This document shows, in pieces, positions 1 to 9,062 of a stretch of 64,000 bases of DNA. How positions within the stretch are numbered: the first letter of the stretch is position 1; each line of letters opens with the position of its first letter. The notes beneath the pieces were generated by a model, which saw only the letters and a program-made list of their open reading frames with translations, was not told where the DNA came from and did no database searches. The stretch spans positions 3,616,001-3,680,000 of the forward strand of contig OZ243913.1 in NCBI GenBank assembly GCA_965213705.1. Direction: 5' to 3'. The position numbers and the translations under genes were made by a program. Source of the DNA: Trueperaceae bacterium (GTDB lineage: Bacteria; Deinococcota; Deinococci; Deinococcales; Trueperaceae).

Positions 1-1378
1 GCGTCAGGGTTTGGTTCTCGAGTTCGTTTTGGCGCGCGACAAGCTCGTCGCGTTGGCGCTCAGTTTCGGTCAAGCTGCTGCTGAGCCGCTCGGCTTCCGC
101 CTGCTGGGTCGTTAACTGCGCTTGCAAGTCCGCCAGCTCGGCTTGGCGCTGCTCGAGGTCGGCTTGCGCCTGGTCCCGCTCGGCGCTGAGGCTTTGGCTG
201 GCTTGCGTGGCCGCGTCCAACTCGCTTTGCAAGGCGGTGGCCGACTCGGTCGCTCGGTCGAGGTCTTCTCGGTTCGCGTCCAACTCGGCTTGCAAACTGT
301 CCCGCTCGCTTTCGGCGGCGCTCAGGTCGGCCTGGGCTTGCTCCAGCGCTTGCGCCGCGCCGGAGGCCTCTTGCTGCGCGGCTTCGGCCTGAGCTTGCAA
401 GTCGTCACGTTCGGCGGTCACGGCCGCGAGGTCGGCGCCCAATTCCTCGGTTTGAGTCGTAAGTTCTTCGTTTTGCGCGGTGAGGTCGTCGGTTTGCGCG
501 GTGTTTAGGGCGGCAAGCTCAACGGCCCGCTGAGTCGCCGTTTCCAGCTCGGCTCGCAAGGAAGTCGCCGTTTCGGTTGCCTGCGCTAAGGTGTCTTGGC
601 TCGTGCTCAATTCGGTTTGCAAAGCGTCGCGCTCGGTTTCCGCCGTGGCGAGGCTCGTTTGCGCCGTCTCGAGCTGGCTTTGCAGGTCGTCGCGCTGTTG
701 TGTGAGGTTGGCAATCTCTTCGTCTTGCGCCGCGCTCTCCCCGGCCTGGGCTTGCAAGGTTTGGAGCTGTTCGTTGGCGCCGCTCAACTCCACTTGTAGC
801 CGGGCTTGCTCGTCTTGGAGCCGGGTTTGCTCACCCTGCAGCGTCTCGAGCTGGGTTCGCGCCTCGTCCCTTTGCCCTTGGGCCGCGGTGAGCCCTTCTT
901 GCAAGTCGGCGTTGCTTTGCGTCAGCTCTTGGTTTTCACTTTCCGCCGCGTTCAGACGCTCGGTCAGCGTGTCCACTTCGGCCTGCAGGTCCGCCGTCGC
1001 TGCAGCTTGTGCGTCGTCTTGTGACTGCTCGTCTTGGGTTTGCACATCCTGAGTTTGCCCGTCTTGTTCGCCTTCTTGTTCGTTTTGGGCTGGGGCGCTC
1101 CGGTTCTCCAAAGTTTGCTGGAGGGTGTCCAGCTGGATGCGCAAAGAGTCGAGTGTTTCCAGCGGTACCGACTCGTCCGACGTCTCCAGGGCGGCGAGCG
1201 CTCGCTGCAACTGAGCCAGAAGAGGCTCGAGCTGCGCTTCTAAGGTCGTCGGCGTCTGCACAATCGCCTGCGGCGCTGGCTGCGGAACTGCCGCCGAGGT
1301 CGACGTGGCTTGGGCCGGTGCCCAAGAGCAAAGTGCCAGGGACACGGCGACGAGGCAGGGCGTAAAGGTTCTTCGCAT
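1..1378 (-). CDS. Secreted long coiled-coil protein (partial, runs off the window start)
   Basis: Manual translation from ATG at 1378 (SD AGGAG upstream) gives signal-like MRRTFTPCLVAVSLALCSWAPAQA, then A/Q/E/L-rich heptads such as DLQAEVDTLTERLNAAESENQELTQSNADLQ. Absent from the ORF track, presumably because no stop lies in the window. Confidence 0.8.
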   Translation of the reverse strand, partial: MRRTFTPCLVAVSLALCSWAPAQATSTSAAVPQPAPQAIVQTPTTLEAQLEPLLAQLQRALAALETSDESVPLETLDSLRIQLDTLQQTLENRSAPAQNEQEGEQDGQTQDVQTQDEQSQDDAQAAATADLQAEVDTLTERLNAAESENQELTQSNADLQEGLTAAQGQRDEARTQLETLQGEQTRLQDEQARLQVELSGANEQLQTLQAQAGESAAQDEEIANLTQQRDDLQSQLETAQTSLATAETERDALQTELSTSQDTLAQATETATSLRAELETATQRAVELAALNTAQTDDLTAQNEELTTQTEELGADLAAVTAERDDLQAQAEAAQQEASGAAQALEQAQADLSAAESERDSLQAELDANREDLDRATESATALQSELDAATQASQSLSAERDQAQADLEQRQAELADLQAQLTTQQAEAERLSSSLTETERQRDELVARQNELENQTLT

Positions 1379-1651
1379 GGCTTTCAACTCCTAAAGGTGG
1401 TCTGTTCCCATCATAAAGGATGACGCCCGGACGGGTGGCGACAAGGCGGGAAAAACGCTTGGGCCGGCCTGGTCTGCACTCGAGCTTGAAAACTTCGTAA
1501 GTAAAAACTCGAGCTTCGTTTTCGACGTTCTCCGCCGACTCGGTACGTTCGACTTAACTCTTTCGACTCGGTACTTTTGACTCGGTACTAGGTCCTTTCA
1601 GCTCAAACTTTGAGAACCCTCTTCACCACGCGCACGCGGTAAACTGAAGGT

Positions 1652-4219
1652 ATGTCAGAGACCGCCCTTTTTGAGCCAGACCCCGCCGCGCCGGACAGCA
1701 ACAGTGAGTCGAACGGCCACAAAATCGTCATCATCGACGGGCACGCGCTCGCCTACCGCAGTTACTTCGCCATCCGCGAGCTGTCGAACAGCCAGGGGCG
1801 CTCGACGAACGCCATCTTCGGCTTTTTACGCTCGCTGCTGCGCATCCTGAAAGAAGAGGGCGAGTTCGACGCGACGATTGTCACCTTCGACGCGCCCGCC
1901 AAGACGTTTCGGCACGAGCAGTACGGCGACTACAAAGCGGGCCGCGCGCCCGCGCCGGACGACCTACCCGAGCAGATTCGCACCATCAAGCGCGTCGTCG
2001 ACTTGCTGGGGCTGTACCGCACCGAGGTACCGGGTTTGGAAGCCGACGACCTGTTCGGCACCATCGCCAAACGCTGCGAAGTGCAAGGGTACTCAGTCGA
2101 AATCGTCACCGGCGACCGCGACGCTTACCAGCTCGTCTCGGAACGCGTCTGCGTGCGCGGGCTCGACAAAAAAGACCGCTTCGGCCCCAAGGAAGTGTTC
2201 GACAAGTACGGCGTGACGGTGGAGCAGTGGGTGGACTACCGCGCGCTGACCGGCGACTCTTCGGACAACATCCCCGGTGCCAAGGGAATAGGGCCGGTGA
2301 GCGCGAAAAAGCTGTTGCAGAACTACGGCAGCCTCGACTATATTTTGGCGCACCTGGACGAGGTCGAGCCGAAAAAATTCGCTGAGAAGGTCGAAGCGTC
2401 GCTAGAGGACGTGAAATTCTCGCGCGAACTCTCGCGCATCGTCACCGACGCCGACATCAACATCGACCCGAAGGACTGGGCGAAGCGGGAGATGGCAAAG
2501 GACGAACTGCGCGAGTTGCTGGCGGAACTCGAGTTCGGCTCCATCGCTCGAGAACTGGATTTGACCGCGGCAGCAACGGCCTCGGGCGAGCACGACTACC
2601 AGCAGATTTCCTCGGCCGACATTTTTTTCGGCGGCGCTTACGGCTACGTGCTGTCCGAGCAAAGCCCGATGCGGGCCGAACTGACCGAACTCGCGGTGGC
2701 CGCGGCGCGAACCGTCGCGCCCGTGGCGGAAGAGTGGCGGGGAAGCGTGCTGAGCAGCGAAGGCGTACTGAACGCCTGCGACGCCAAGGCGCTGACCGTC
2801 TACGCGCGCAAACAAGGGCTCAAGGTCACGCCGGGCGACGACCCGCTGCTGATGGCCTACGTCCTCGACCCAAATACCGCCTCCCCCGAAGCCCTGGCGC
2901 GGCGCTACGGCACGCCCGACTGGGGCGTGAACGCGATAAGCCGCGCGGTGGTGACGGCGGAGTTGCTGAAAACCTTGCCCGAAAAGCTCACGCCCGAGCT
3001 GAAACACATCTACGAAGCGATAGAAAAACCCCTCCAGGACGTACTCGCCGACATGGAATACTGCGGCGTCGAGGTCGATGTGGCGCTGCTCAAGGCGCAG
3101 TCGGACCTGTTCGCCACGCAGTTGGAAACGCTCGAGAACAAAGTCCGCACCATCGCCGACAACCCCGACCTCAACCTGAACTCGCGCGACCAACTCGCCG
3201 ACCTCTTGTTCGACAAGCTCAACTTGCAAGCGGGGCGCAAAACCTCGACCGGCAAGCGCTCGACCTCGGTGCAGGCGCTCGAGCCGCTCCGCGAGGAGCA
3301 CGAAATCATCGCCATGATTCTCGACTACCGCGAACTCTCAAAACTCAAAAACACCTACCTCGACCCGCTGCCCGCGCTTCTAAACCCCGACACCGGACGC
3401 ATCCACACGACCTTCAACCAGACCGTCACCACGACGGGGCGGCTCTCGAGCGCCAACCCCAACCTCCAAAACATCCCCATCCGCACCGAAATCGGGCGCG
3501 AGATTCGTAAGGCGTTCATCGCGGGCAAGGGCGACAAACTGCTCGTCGCGGACTACTCACAAATCGAACTGCGCATTCTGGCGCACGTGACGGGTGAGGA
3601 AGCGCTGCTGGAAACGTTCCGCACCGGCGAGGACATCCACCGCCGCACCGCCGCGCAGATTTTCGACACCGGCATGGGTGCTGTGGACGCCACCATGCGC
3701 CGCGTCGCCAAAATCATTAACTTCGGCGTGCTCTACGGCATGAGCGCCCACCGTTTGACCCGCGAACTCGGCATCGAATACAAGGACGCCGACGCCTTTA
3801 TTACGGCGTACTTCGAGCGCTACCCGAAGGTGCAGGCTTACATCGACGACACGCTGGCTTTTGCCAGCAAACACGGCTACGTCGAGACGCTGCTGGGCCG
3901 CCGCCGCTACATCCCGGACATCAACTCGAAAAACCGCAACGCGCGCGAGTACGCCGAGCGCACCGCCTACAACATGCCGATTCAGGGCACGCAGGCCGAC
4001 ATCATGAAAATTGCAATGGTGGAGCTTGCGCCGCGTCTGCGCGAACGCCACGCCCGAATTACCCTGCAAGTCCACGACGAACTTGTCATTGAAGCGCCCG
4101 CCGAGAGTACGGCAGAGGTTTCGCAACTCGTCAAGGAGACGATGGAGAACGCTTATCAACTGGACGTGCCCATCGTCGCCGAGGTCGGGGTGGGAGAGAA
4201 TTGGCTCGAGGCGAAGTGA
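1652..4219 (+). CDS. polA: DNA polymerase I
   Basis: 5'-3' exonuclease motifs (IIDGHALAYRSYF, EADD) and polymerase motifs (DYSQIELR, KIINFGVLYG, QVHDEL). TAAACT -10 box 6 nt before the ATG suggests a leaderless transcript. Confidence 0.98.
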   Translation: MSETALFEPDPAAPDSNSESNGHKIVIIDGHALAYRSYFAIRELSNSQGRSTNAIFGFLRSLLRILKEEGEFDATIVTFDAPAKTFRHEQYGDYKAGRAPAPDDLPEQIRTIKRVVDLLGLYRTEVPGLEADDLFGTIAKRCEVQGYSVEIVTGDRDAYQLVSERVCVRGLDKKDRFGPKEVFDKYGVTVEQWVDYRALTGDSSDNIPGAKGIGPVSAKKLLQNYGSLDYILAHLDEVEPKKFAEKVEASLEDVKFSRELSRIVTDADINIDPKDWAKREMAKDELRELLAELEFGSIARELDLTAAATASGEHDYQQISSADIFFGGAYGYVLSEQSPMRAELTELAVAAARTVAPVAEEWRGSVLSSEGVLNACDAKALTVYARKQGLKVTPGDDPLLMAYVLDPNTASPEALARRYGTPDWGVNAISRAVVTAELLKTLPEKLTPELKHIYEAIEKPLQDVLADMEYCGVEVDVALLKAQSDLFATQLETLENKVRTIADNPDLNLNSRDQLADLLFDKLNLQAGRKTSTGKRSTSVQALEPLREEHEIIAMILDYRELSKLKNTYLDPLPALLNPDTGRIHTTFNQTVTTTGRLSSANPNLQNIPIRTEIGREIRKAFIAGKGDKLLVADYSQIELRILAHVTGEEALLETFRTGEDIHRRTAAQIFDTGMGAVDATMRRVAKIINFGVLYGMSAHRLTRELGIEYKDADAFITAYFERYPKVQAYIDDTLAFASKHGYVETLLGRRRYIPDINSKNRNAREYAERTAYNMPIQGTQADIMKIAMVELAPRLRERHARITLQVHDELVIEAPAESTAEVSQLVKETMENAYQLDVPIVAEVGVGENWLEAK

Positions 4220-4244
4220 GATAGTTGTCTGAGAGATGGTTTGG

Positions 4245-4292
4245 CTCGAGCCCAACAAGATAGAGCTGGCGCGAGAGGTGTTTGGGCCCGAG
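4245..4292. repeat. TA-array junction repeat, copy 1 of 6 (others 4991-5056, 5653-5710, 6730-6786, 7449-7495, 8057-8123)
   Basis: Shared core GC(A/G)AGAGGTG(T/C)(T/C)TG, typically bracketed by CTCGAG. The last copy is the 3' end of the mazF-like gene. Confidence 0.8.
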
Positions 4293-4353
4293 TAAGCTTT
4301 CAAACGCACGATTTTCAAATACATCCGGGCGTCACACCTGCTAAACTGTAAGC

Positions 4354-4620
4354 ATGAAGGGCGTAAGTTACCTGGTAGATGATAGCGGCAAAAAGACTCA
4401 CGTCGTCCTTGACCTCACCGTATGGCAGGCGACTTGGCAGGCGCTGGTAGAACAACAAGCTGTGCGTCAATCCCGCAAACTGGGAAGTCTGAAAAAAGCT
4501 TTTGAAACGGCAGGTTTCGAAGTCGGGCAGGTAGGCGACACTCTTTTAGAGCCTATGAGCGAAGAGGAACTCGCGCTGTGGTACGACGGCCCTATCTTCC
4601 CCGATGAAGCTCCTTCTTGA
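4354..4620 (+). CDS. Putative antitoxin for the downstream PIN toxin
   Basis: Small ORF overlapping the vapC start. N-terminus MKGVSYLVDDSGKKTHVVLDL is nearly identical to that of 7557..7772. Acidic C-terminus LLEPMSEEELALW. Confidence 0.7.
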   Translation: MKGVSYLVDDSGKKTHVVLDLTVWQATWQALVEQQAVRQSRKLGSLKKAFETAGFEVGQVGDTLLEPMSEEELALWYDGPIFPDEAPS

Positions 4621-4990
4621 CGCGCACACTTTGCTGTGGTGGCTAGCGGGTAATCCTAAACTTTCCATAAAAGCCGCCCAAACCATCGCCGACCCGGACA
4701 ATCAAGCTTTCGTCAGTGTGGCTTCCCTGTGGGAAATGAGCATCAAACACGCGGCTGGAAAATTGCCCGAGTACATCGTTTTAGGCAAAGATGCCGAACT
4801 TACCTTACAACAGCAAGGTTTTATCCTCATCCCTGTCTTGTATGCACATGCCTACGCCGCTGCGAACCTACCTATGCACCACCGCGATCCGTTCGACCGT
4901 CTTCTTTTAGGCACCTCTCAGGTAGAAGGCATGACCCTTGTTAGCAAGGACGAGATTTTCAAAAGTTACCCAGTCCAACTTGTTTGGTAG
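4604..4990 (+). CDS. vapC: PIN-domain (VapC family) toxin
   Basis: MKLLLDAH...SLWE...HRDPFDRLL, typical PIN Sll0205-like motifs. Confidence 0.92.
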   Translation: MKLLLDAHTLLWWLAGNPKLSIKAAQTIADPDNQAFVSVASLWEMSIKHAAGKLPEYIVLGKDAELTLQQQGFILIPVLYAHAYAAANLPMHHRDPFDRLLLGTSQVEGMTLVSKDEIFKSYPVQLVW

Positions 4991-5087
4991 CTCGAGTTCA
5001 ATGATTAAAGTTGATTCAAGAGGGTTTGCAAGAGGTGTTTGAGGTTTCGGCTCGAGCCGTCAACACCCAAGCGCGCTATAATCTGGT

Positions 5088-5312
5088 ATGGAAGAACGCG
5101 TTGTCGTCGATCCCGAGATTTGCAACGGTCGCCCGGTCATTAAAGGTACGCGCGTTACGGTGCAAACCGTCCTTGAGTTTCTGGGTGCAGGCGACAGCGT
5201 CGAGGACGTTTTGAGCGAATACCCTAGCCTCACACATGAAGATATTTTGGCGAGTCTGCGCTACTCTTCGCGCCTGATGGCAAATCACTTCACCCTCGAA
5301 CAGGTCGCGTGA
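5088..5312 (+). CDS. DUF433-domain antitoxin
   Basis: DPEICNGRPVIKGTRVTV...YPSLT.EDI.A.L.Y signature. TATAAT 5 nt before the ATG. Confidence 0.9.
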   Translation: MEERVVVDPEICNGRPVIKGTRVTVQTVLEFLGAGDSVEDVLSEYPSLTHEDILASLRYSSRLMANHFTLEQVA

Positions 5313-5649
5313 CAGGGTTATTGTTCGATGAAATTTACCGTACAAGCTTCGCTTTACGCCGTCACTTCCTGTTATTCATGCCAAAGATTTAGGCAAGAGT
5401 CCAAGCGACGCAGACTTGTGAAGTCACGCCCGGACAAATGACTTAGCGGTTGTCATTAAAGACGCGGATTTTTCTGACCGCATCCTCATTGCCGACCCTC
5501 CACCTAGAGTCGTACATTTGCGGTTTGGCAACTTGCGTCTGGTAGCCTTTCATGCACATTTAGCGCAAGTTTGGCCTCGAGTTGAAGTGCTTTTAGAAAC
5601 CAACAAACTTGTGAATATTTATTTGGACCGTTTGGAGGCGGTGGCGTAA
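5309..5649 (+). pseudogene. Disrupted DUF5615/VapC45-like PIN toxin
   Basis: GTGA overlap with the DUF433 gene. Reconstructs as LLFDENLP...SDADLW...VVIKDADF...PPRVVHLRFGN after adding one A at about 5331-5333 and reading through TGA at 5419-5421 (Trp position). Confidence 0.8.
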
Positions 5650-5797
5650 AGCCTCGAGCCGAGCAAGTTGGAGCGGGCTTGCAAGAGGTGTTTGGGGTTT
5701 AGGCTGAGCCGTTCCACTTTGCCCTGCTCGTTGATGATGTTTACCATGCGCGTGAGGAGAGTCTAGCATTTGTGGGTGACGAGGGAGTTTAAAGGTT

Positions 5798-6466
5798 CTA
5801 AATACCGGTACTTCTTTCCAAAGCACGAAAAGCCGCCTCGACACGCTCCAGAAAATAAGTATTCAGCTGCTCGGGATAACCCGCATCAGCCTTTCCCAAA
5901 CTCTCGTAGTAGGCATCCTCTTCCGCACTCGTGGGAAAATACTCGAGTATAGGGGAGGTTTCCAGCGAAACTCCGGCCAGACCAAAGGTTACCCAAAGAA
6001 AATAGTGGTCCAACACCCGACCCGTGCGCCCGTTCGTGTCCGGGAAGGGGTGAACGTACTGAAAATCGTGGTGCCCCTGAGCGATAATCTTCACGACTTG
6101 TTCCAAGGTCGGTTCGCTCGGTAAGCTTTGCATCTCGTTTACTCGCGCCGCCAGGTTATCAAAGCGTTGTTTCAGTTCCAGGCGTACCTGATGCCACTCT
6201 ACATGTACCAGACCTCCCGGCCCTCGGTTGTCGTTGCGGGGTTGTCCTGCCCACTCGTAGACAGGGTCGAACATTACCTTGTGCAGGGCGTAAATATCGG
6301 AGTCGCTTGGCGAGTGGCCGACCTTGTCCACCCGTGACGCCCGTTTAAAAGTCCAGATACGCCCACAAAGCTCGGCCTCGATAAGAAGAGGCTCGACTTC
6401 CTCATAGCTTGTCAAGAGCCCCAAGCGCGTAGCTTGGGGTAAGGTGATTCGGTTCTGTCTCGCCAT
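5798..6466 (-). CDS. Fic-domain protein (putative AMPylating toxin)
   Basis: Fic motif HPFPDTNGRTGR. Start placed at ATG 6466. Confidence 0.9.
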   Translation of the reverse strand: MARQNRITLPQATRLGLLTSYEEVEPLLIEAELCGRIWTFKRASRVDKVGHSPSDSDIYALHKVMFDPVYEWAGQPRNDNRGPGGLVHVEWHQVRLELKQRFDNLAARVNEMQSLPSEPTLEQVVKIIAQGHHDFQYVHPFPDTNGRTGRVLDHYFLWVTFGLAGVSLETSPILEYFPTSAEEDAYYESLGKADAGYPEQLNTYFLERVEAAFRALERSTGI

Positions 6467-6482
6467 GCGGCTCAGGACTGCG

Positions 6483-6677
6483 CTAAGGTGTCGCCGCTTC
6501 TGTCTCGAAGTGTTTTGCAACCTCACGAATGCGCGTTATCGGAATGTCGTAGCCTTCGGCCTTCAAGGACTGGCGGACACTCTCGAGCAGCCTTTCGGGC
6601 AGTTTCGTTTCAGCAGTGGCCGGGTACCGGCGTTGAATAGCGCGCATACGTTCGCTCAAACTTCGCTGGTTTGTCAT
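6483..6677 (-). CDS. VbhA-like Fic antitoxin
   Basis: Small ORF directly upstream of the Fic gene carrying the (S/T)xxxE(G/N) inhibitory motif SLKAEG. Confidence 0.75.
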   Translation of the reverse strand: MTNQRSLSERMRAIQRRYPATAETKLPERLLESVRQSLKAEGYDIPITRIREVAKHFETEAATP

Positions 6678-6819
6678 AAAGCACCTCTAACCTTACCGAA
6701 ATAATACCACGAGAAGAATTGTGTTGGGGCTCGAGCCGAGCAAGTTGGAGCGGGCTTGCAAGAGGTGTTTGGGGTTTGGGCTCGAGTTGCCACCTGCAGG
6801 TTGGAAGAAAGGTTAACCG

Positions 6820-7203
6820 TCATAACGTGTTTACCGAGTACCTTTGCATGATGCTGTCGACTGTCGCCAAAACGAGGTCATGTGCTACCGCTTGGCAGAC
6901 CAGCAAACGGTCGAAGGGGTCACGGTGGTGAGGTGGCAATTTGACAAGCTCCGTTACCGTTACCTCGTCAACGTTCAAGCTGTAGATGTGGTGTCGTTTT
7001 CGCTGCAGAGGTAAGTATGTATCCGGGGACGAGGGTAAGGGCAGTTTGCCCAACTGATACTTGATGATAGCTTCCCAAACCGATACGACGCTCAAATAGA
7101 CTTCGTTGTCCGGGTCGCGCACGGCGTTCAAAATGGGTTCCGGTAAACGTTTATCCCCGTTGATGTACCACAGAAAAACGTGGGTATCCAAAAGGACCTT
7201 CAT
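6820..7203 (-). CDS. vapC: PIN-domain (VapC family) toxin
   Basis: MKVLLDTHVFLW...SVWE...HHRDPFDRLLV. Confidence 0.92.
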   Translation of the reverse strand: MKVLLDTHVFLWYINGDKRLPEPILNAVRDPDNEVYLSVVSVWEAIIKYQLGKLPLPSSPDTYLPLQRKRHHIYSLNVDEVTVTELVKLPPHHRDPFDRLLVCQAVAHDLVLATVDSIMQRYSVNTL

Positions 7204-7418
7204 GCACGCTCGAAGTCATCCAAAATATCGCCTGGCAAAGGTGCGTCGAAGTCGTCCGGCACGCTGAACTCGCCTTTGCAAAGCCCGAAAGGGCGAAGTT
7301 TTTCGGTAGGCTCGTCCTCGAGAATCGTCACCAACGCCTGGCGTTTGTCACCCAAGGCGACAGGCTCGAGCAGTTCCACTTTACCTTGCTCGTCGATAAT
7401 GGCTTTCACCGTGCGCAT
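7200..7418 (-). CDS. Antitoxin (DUF2281-like C-terminus)
   Basis: RPFGLCKGEFSVPDDFDAPLP motif. ATGA overlap with vapC. Confidence 0.8.
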   Translation of the reverse strand: MRTVKAIIDEQGKVELLEPVALGDKRQALVTILEDEPTEKLRPFGLCKGEFSVPDDFDAPLPGDILDDFERA

Positions 7419-7556
7419 GAAAGCAGTTTAGCATTTGTGGGCTGGAGACTCGAGCCGAGCGAGTTGGCGAGAGGTGCCTGGGATTTGGGCTCGAGTAAGC
7501 TTTCAAACGCACGATTTTCAAATACATCCGTACGCCACACCTGCTAAACTGTAGGC

Positions 7557-7772
7557 ATGAAGGGCGTAAGTTACTTGATAGATGACAGCGGCAAAAAAAC
7601 ACATGTCGTTCTCGACCTGGACTTGTGGAGCGAGTGGCGGCAATTTTTTCGGGACGAAGAAGTTTTGCTGTCTCGTAGCGTCGACGACCTGCAAAACCAG
7701 TTGAACGACCTCGAGCAAGACCTTCCCCCCTCCGAACTCGGTGAGTGGCTGGCAGCCTTTAACAACGCGTGA
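7557..7772 (+). CDS. Putative antitoxin for the MazF-like toxin
   Basis: Small acidic ORF with GTGA overlap to the toxin. TAAACT 6 nt before the ATG. Confidence 0.7.
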   Translation: MKGVSYLIDDSGKKTHVVLDLDLWSEWRQFFRDEEVLLSRSVDDLQNQLNDLEQDLPPSELGEWLAAFNNA

Positions 7773-8116
7773 GCTACGGCTTAGGCGACATCGTCCTTGT
7801 CGATTTGGACCCCACGGTGGGGAGCGAGCAGGGCTTTAAGCGGCCCTGTGTCGTCGTTTCCGAGCTGGCGACCGTCACCGCCTCGCGCTCGAGACCACTC
7901 TACTTAATCGTTCCCCTGACCCGCTCCGAGAAATTGGTGGGAAAGCTTGCGCCGCGTCTCAAAGCGAAACAAGGCGGTTTGCCTGCCGATTCCACGGCGC
8001 TCGTCATGCACTTGCGTAGCATCGACCCGAGGCGAATCATTCGCAGTGTGGGCAAGCTCGAGTCGAGCGAGTTAAAGCTGATTCAAGAGGGGTTGCGAGA
8101 GGTGTTTGGGCTTTAG
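7769..8116 (+). CDS. mazF: MazF/PemK family endoribonuclease toxin
   Basis: GDIVLVDLDPTVGSEQGFKRPCVVVS...IVPLT...LRSIDPRRI. Confidence 0.9.
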   Translation: MSYGLGDIVLVDLDPTVGSEQGFKRPCVVVSELATVTASRSRPLYLIVPLTRSEKLVGKLAPRLKAKQGGLPADSTALVMHLRSIDPRRIIRSVGKLESSELKLIQEGLREVFGL

Positions 8117-8259
8117 GCTCGAGCAGTTCCACTTTGTCTTGCTCGTTGATAATGGCTATCACCGTGCGCATGGGGACAGTTAGGCATTTGTGGGTGAGGG
8201 CTCAAGGGCAGCAGCTGAACCGACAGCTCACGCAAGTCAGGTTGCAAATTTGTGAACAA

Positions 8260-9062
8260 CTATACTGGTCTCAATAATATTTTTTCTTCGACTTCCTTAG
8301 CGCCTAAAGGGGAGAGAAAAACTATTTCAGACTCTCGATCATATTCAATCTTCTTGTCTTCGTGGAGAGGAACTAAAACTCTTCCCTTAAATTTGTAGAC
8401 GTCACTGTACTCCGTCCAGTCGAATAGGTCTTCGACCAATACTCCCTTCTCTACGTCAGAATAAGTGAGAAGTAAAACCTTTTGTTTATGGTCGAGATCT
8501 GTCCGAAGGATGCGCTTTTTGCCCCCAATTTCCCATATTTCCGGCAGATTGCGTGTTGAAAGAACATCAACAATTGCTTGTGCTTCTTCTAAGGAGAGGC
8601 TGTGATAAATTCGAATTAGCTCACACATTATCCAATCGGCAAGTCTAACGATTGTTGCAGAATCAATACCGTTGGCCTCTACATCGCCACCGACGTGACC
8701 TATCCCCGTTTTCCACGAATTGTATACATGAAAATCAAAGCTCTTGGAATAATAACGCGCAGCGATTCTGGTCCAGCAGTAGAAGGTGTTTGAATTAACT
8801 TCCTCGCTTCTTCAGAAAAGTTCTTAATATGTGTACCAAACTTAGTATAAGTTCCTGTTAATTCATGTTGAAGGAACCTTAGAATATTTTCTGCAAACTT
8901 TCCAGAGCTAAGTCCAGCTGAATCATATGAGGAATCGAAAAGAGCTTCGCTATAGCGCTTTTTGATTTCAAGATATGAGGAAATAATTCTTGGTCGAAAC
9001 CTTTGTGGAATATTTCCTAATGCTGCTTCTAAGGTGGGAGAATTATGGGGCTGTGTACTCAT
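8260..9062 (-). pseudogene. Frameshifted HEPN-like / winged-helix protein (one gene split into ORFs 8700..9071 and 8260..8628)
   Basis: Adding one base at about 8702 fuses ...YTIRGKRG to IGHVGGDVEANGIDSATIVRLADWIMCELIR..., giving an Rx4-6H-like motif. AT-rich. Confidence 0.65.

Noticed and set aside
122..1365. Several + strand ORFs in the track
   Set aside because: They are antisense shadows of the - strand coiled-coil gene, which has an SD and signal peptide.
4245..8123. CRISPR array or canonical integron reading of the junction repeats
   Set aside because: Copies are degenerate and separated by whole genes. No cas or intI gene is present, and I could not see attC R/L boxes.
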